From: Edaphobacter aggregans
GTDB taxonomy: Bacteria > Acidobacteriota > Terriglobia > Terriglobales > Acidobacteriaceae
Reading direction: 5' to 3'
NCBI RefSeq assembly: GCF_003945235.1
Contig: NZ_RSDW01000001.1
Span: 1,650,001 to 1,682,000 of the forward strand
Length of the DNA: 32,000 nt
A program made the position numbers and the translations under genes. Each line of letters starts with the position of its first letter. Position 1 is the first letter of the stretch. The notes below the pieces were generated by a model. That model was given only the letters and a program-made list of their open reading frames with translations. It ran no database searches and was not told the DNA's origin. This document shows positions 31,568 through 32,000 of the stretch, in pieces.

Positions 31568-32000
31568 CGTTCTCCCAATGCTCTTTGGTGCGGGTCTCGG
31601 AAGTTCGGAGCTTCTTGGCGATGAGAGCGTCCAGCGAGAAGAGGCCCGGGCCGAAGGCCAGAATCATGATCGCAGCGAAGAGAAAGGTGTAGGGATCGGC
31701 TCCGTAAAATTTGCTGGGGTTACTGAAGATCGAGAAGAGTGCCTCGCGATCGGATGTCCAGTATGCAACAAACATCGATCCTGTGAGCAGGAACGCGATG
31801 GGGCGCGAAGCCAGTCCAAGGATAAGCAAGATTCCACCGAAGAATTCAAGCCCGGATACGAAGTGGGCGCTTAACGCCGGGAATGGGATATTGAGTGAAG
31901 TAAAAAAGTCGACGGTACGCGCCTGATTATGCAGCTTACCCCAACCGGTTTGCACGAACTGCCAGCCCCAGTAGAGTCGTACAGCGAGCAGCAGGGGCGA
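31551..32000 (-). CDS. DoxX-family membrane protein; 5' end runs off the window
   Basis: ..RLYWGWQFVQTGWGKLHN...FVSGLEFFGGILLILGLASRPIAFLLTGSMFVAYW.. The reading frame stays open from the track's start at 31955 to the window edge (hand-translated SPLLLAVRLYWGWQF). Confidence 0.8.
   Translation of the reverse strand, partial: SPLLLAVRLYWGWQFVQTGWGKLHNQARTVDFFTSLNIPFPALSAHFVSGLEFFGGILLILGLASRPIAFLLTGSMFVAYWTSDREALFSIFSNPSKFYGADPYTFLFAAIMILAFGPGLFSLDALIAKKLRTSETRTKEHWENDAVTG

Overview
The window reads as a chromosomal, mostly housekeeping segment of an Acidobacteriota (Terriglobia-like) genome. That assignment is an inference from a TIGR03436-type 'acidobacterial' VWA protein, the overall gene content, the G+C-rich sequence and a very strong strand asymmetry. 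I can support about 33 protein genes. From left to right they are: a ThiF/MoeB-type adenylyltransferase that is missing from the ORF track because it runs off the left edge; a 9.3 kb envelope operon (bamA, SurA-N-like chaperone, tamB, triple-BON protein); a UbiA prenyltransferase; a CsbD plus lmo0937-type stress pair; pheA; lon; DUF488; moaD; moaE; a VWA protein; DUF4242; an inositol monophosphatase; a 7Fe ferredoxin; DUF1801; DUF1569; recO; a small orphan protein; an alkyltransferase-like (ATL) protein; a Tat-exported alpha/beta hydrolase; aroK; an AI-2E transporter; a CDGSH protein; a CocE/NonD hydrolase; a NUDIX hydrolase; a membrane protein; and a DoxX - ECF sigma - soluble ZAS anti-sigma operon that runs off the right edge. 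I found no rRNA, tRNA, CRISPR array, transposase, integrase or recognisable defence gene. Non-genic structure is abundant. At least three families of short hairpin-forming dispersed repeats fill the larger intergenic spacers in a recurring order, split moaD from moaE, and appear to have been absorbed into the 3' end of moaE. Items worth a second look: (1) the RsrA-like anti-sigma, ECF sigma and DoxX module; (2) the mosaic repeat cassettes; (3) the bamA-tamB operon with two extra partners; (4) a local reversal of codon third-position strand bias at about 25.0-27.4 kb; (5) MoaD ending GG-FG and MoaE carrying a repeat-derived tail; (6) a heptanucleotide repeat inside the ThiF/MoeB gene. I cannot point to a clear-cut new multi-gene system. 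All functional calls rest on motifs read by eye, with no database searches.
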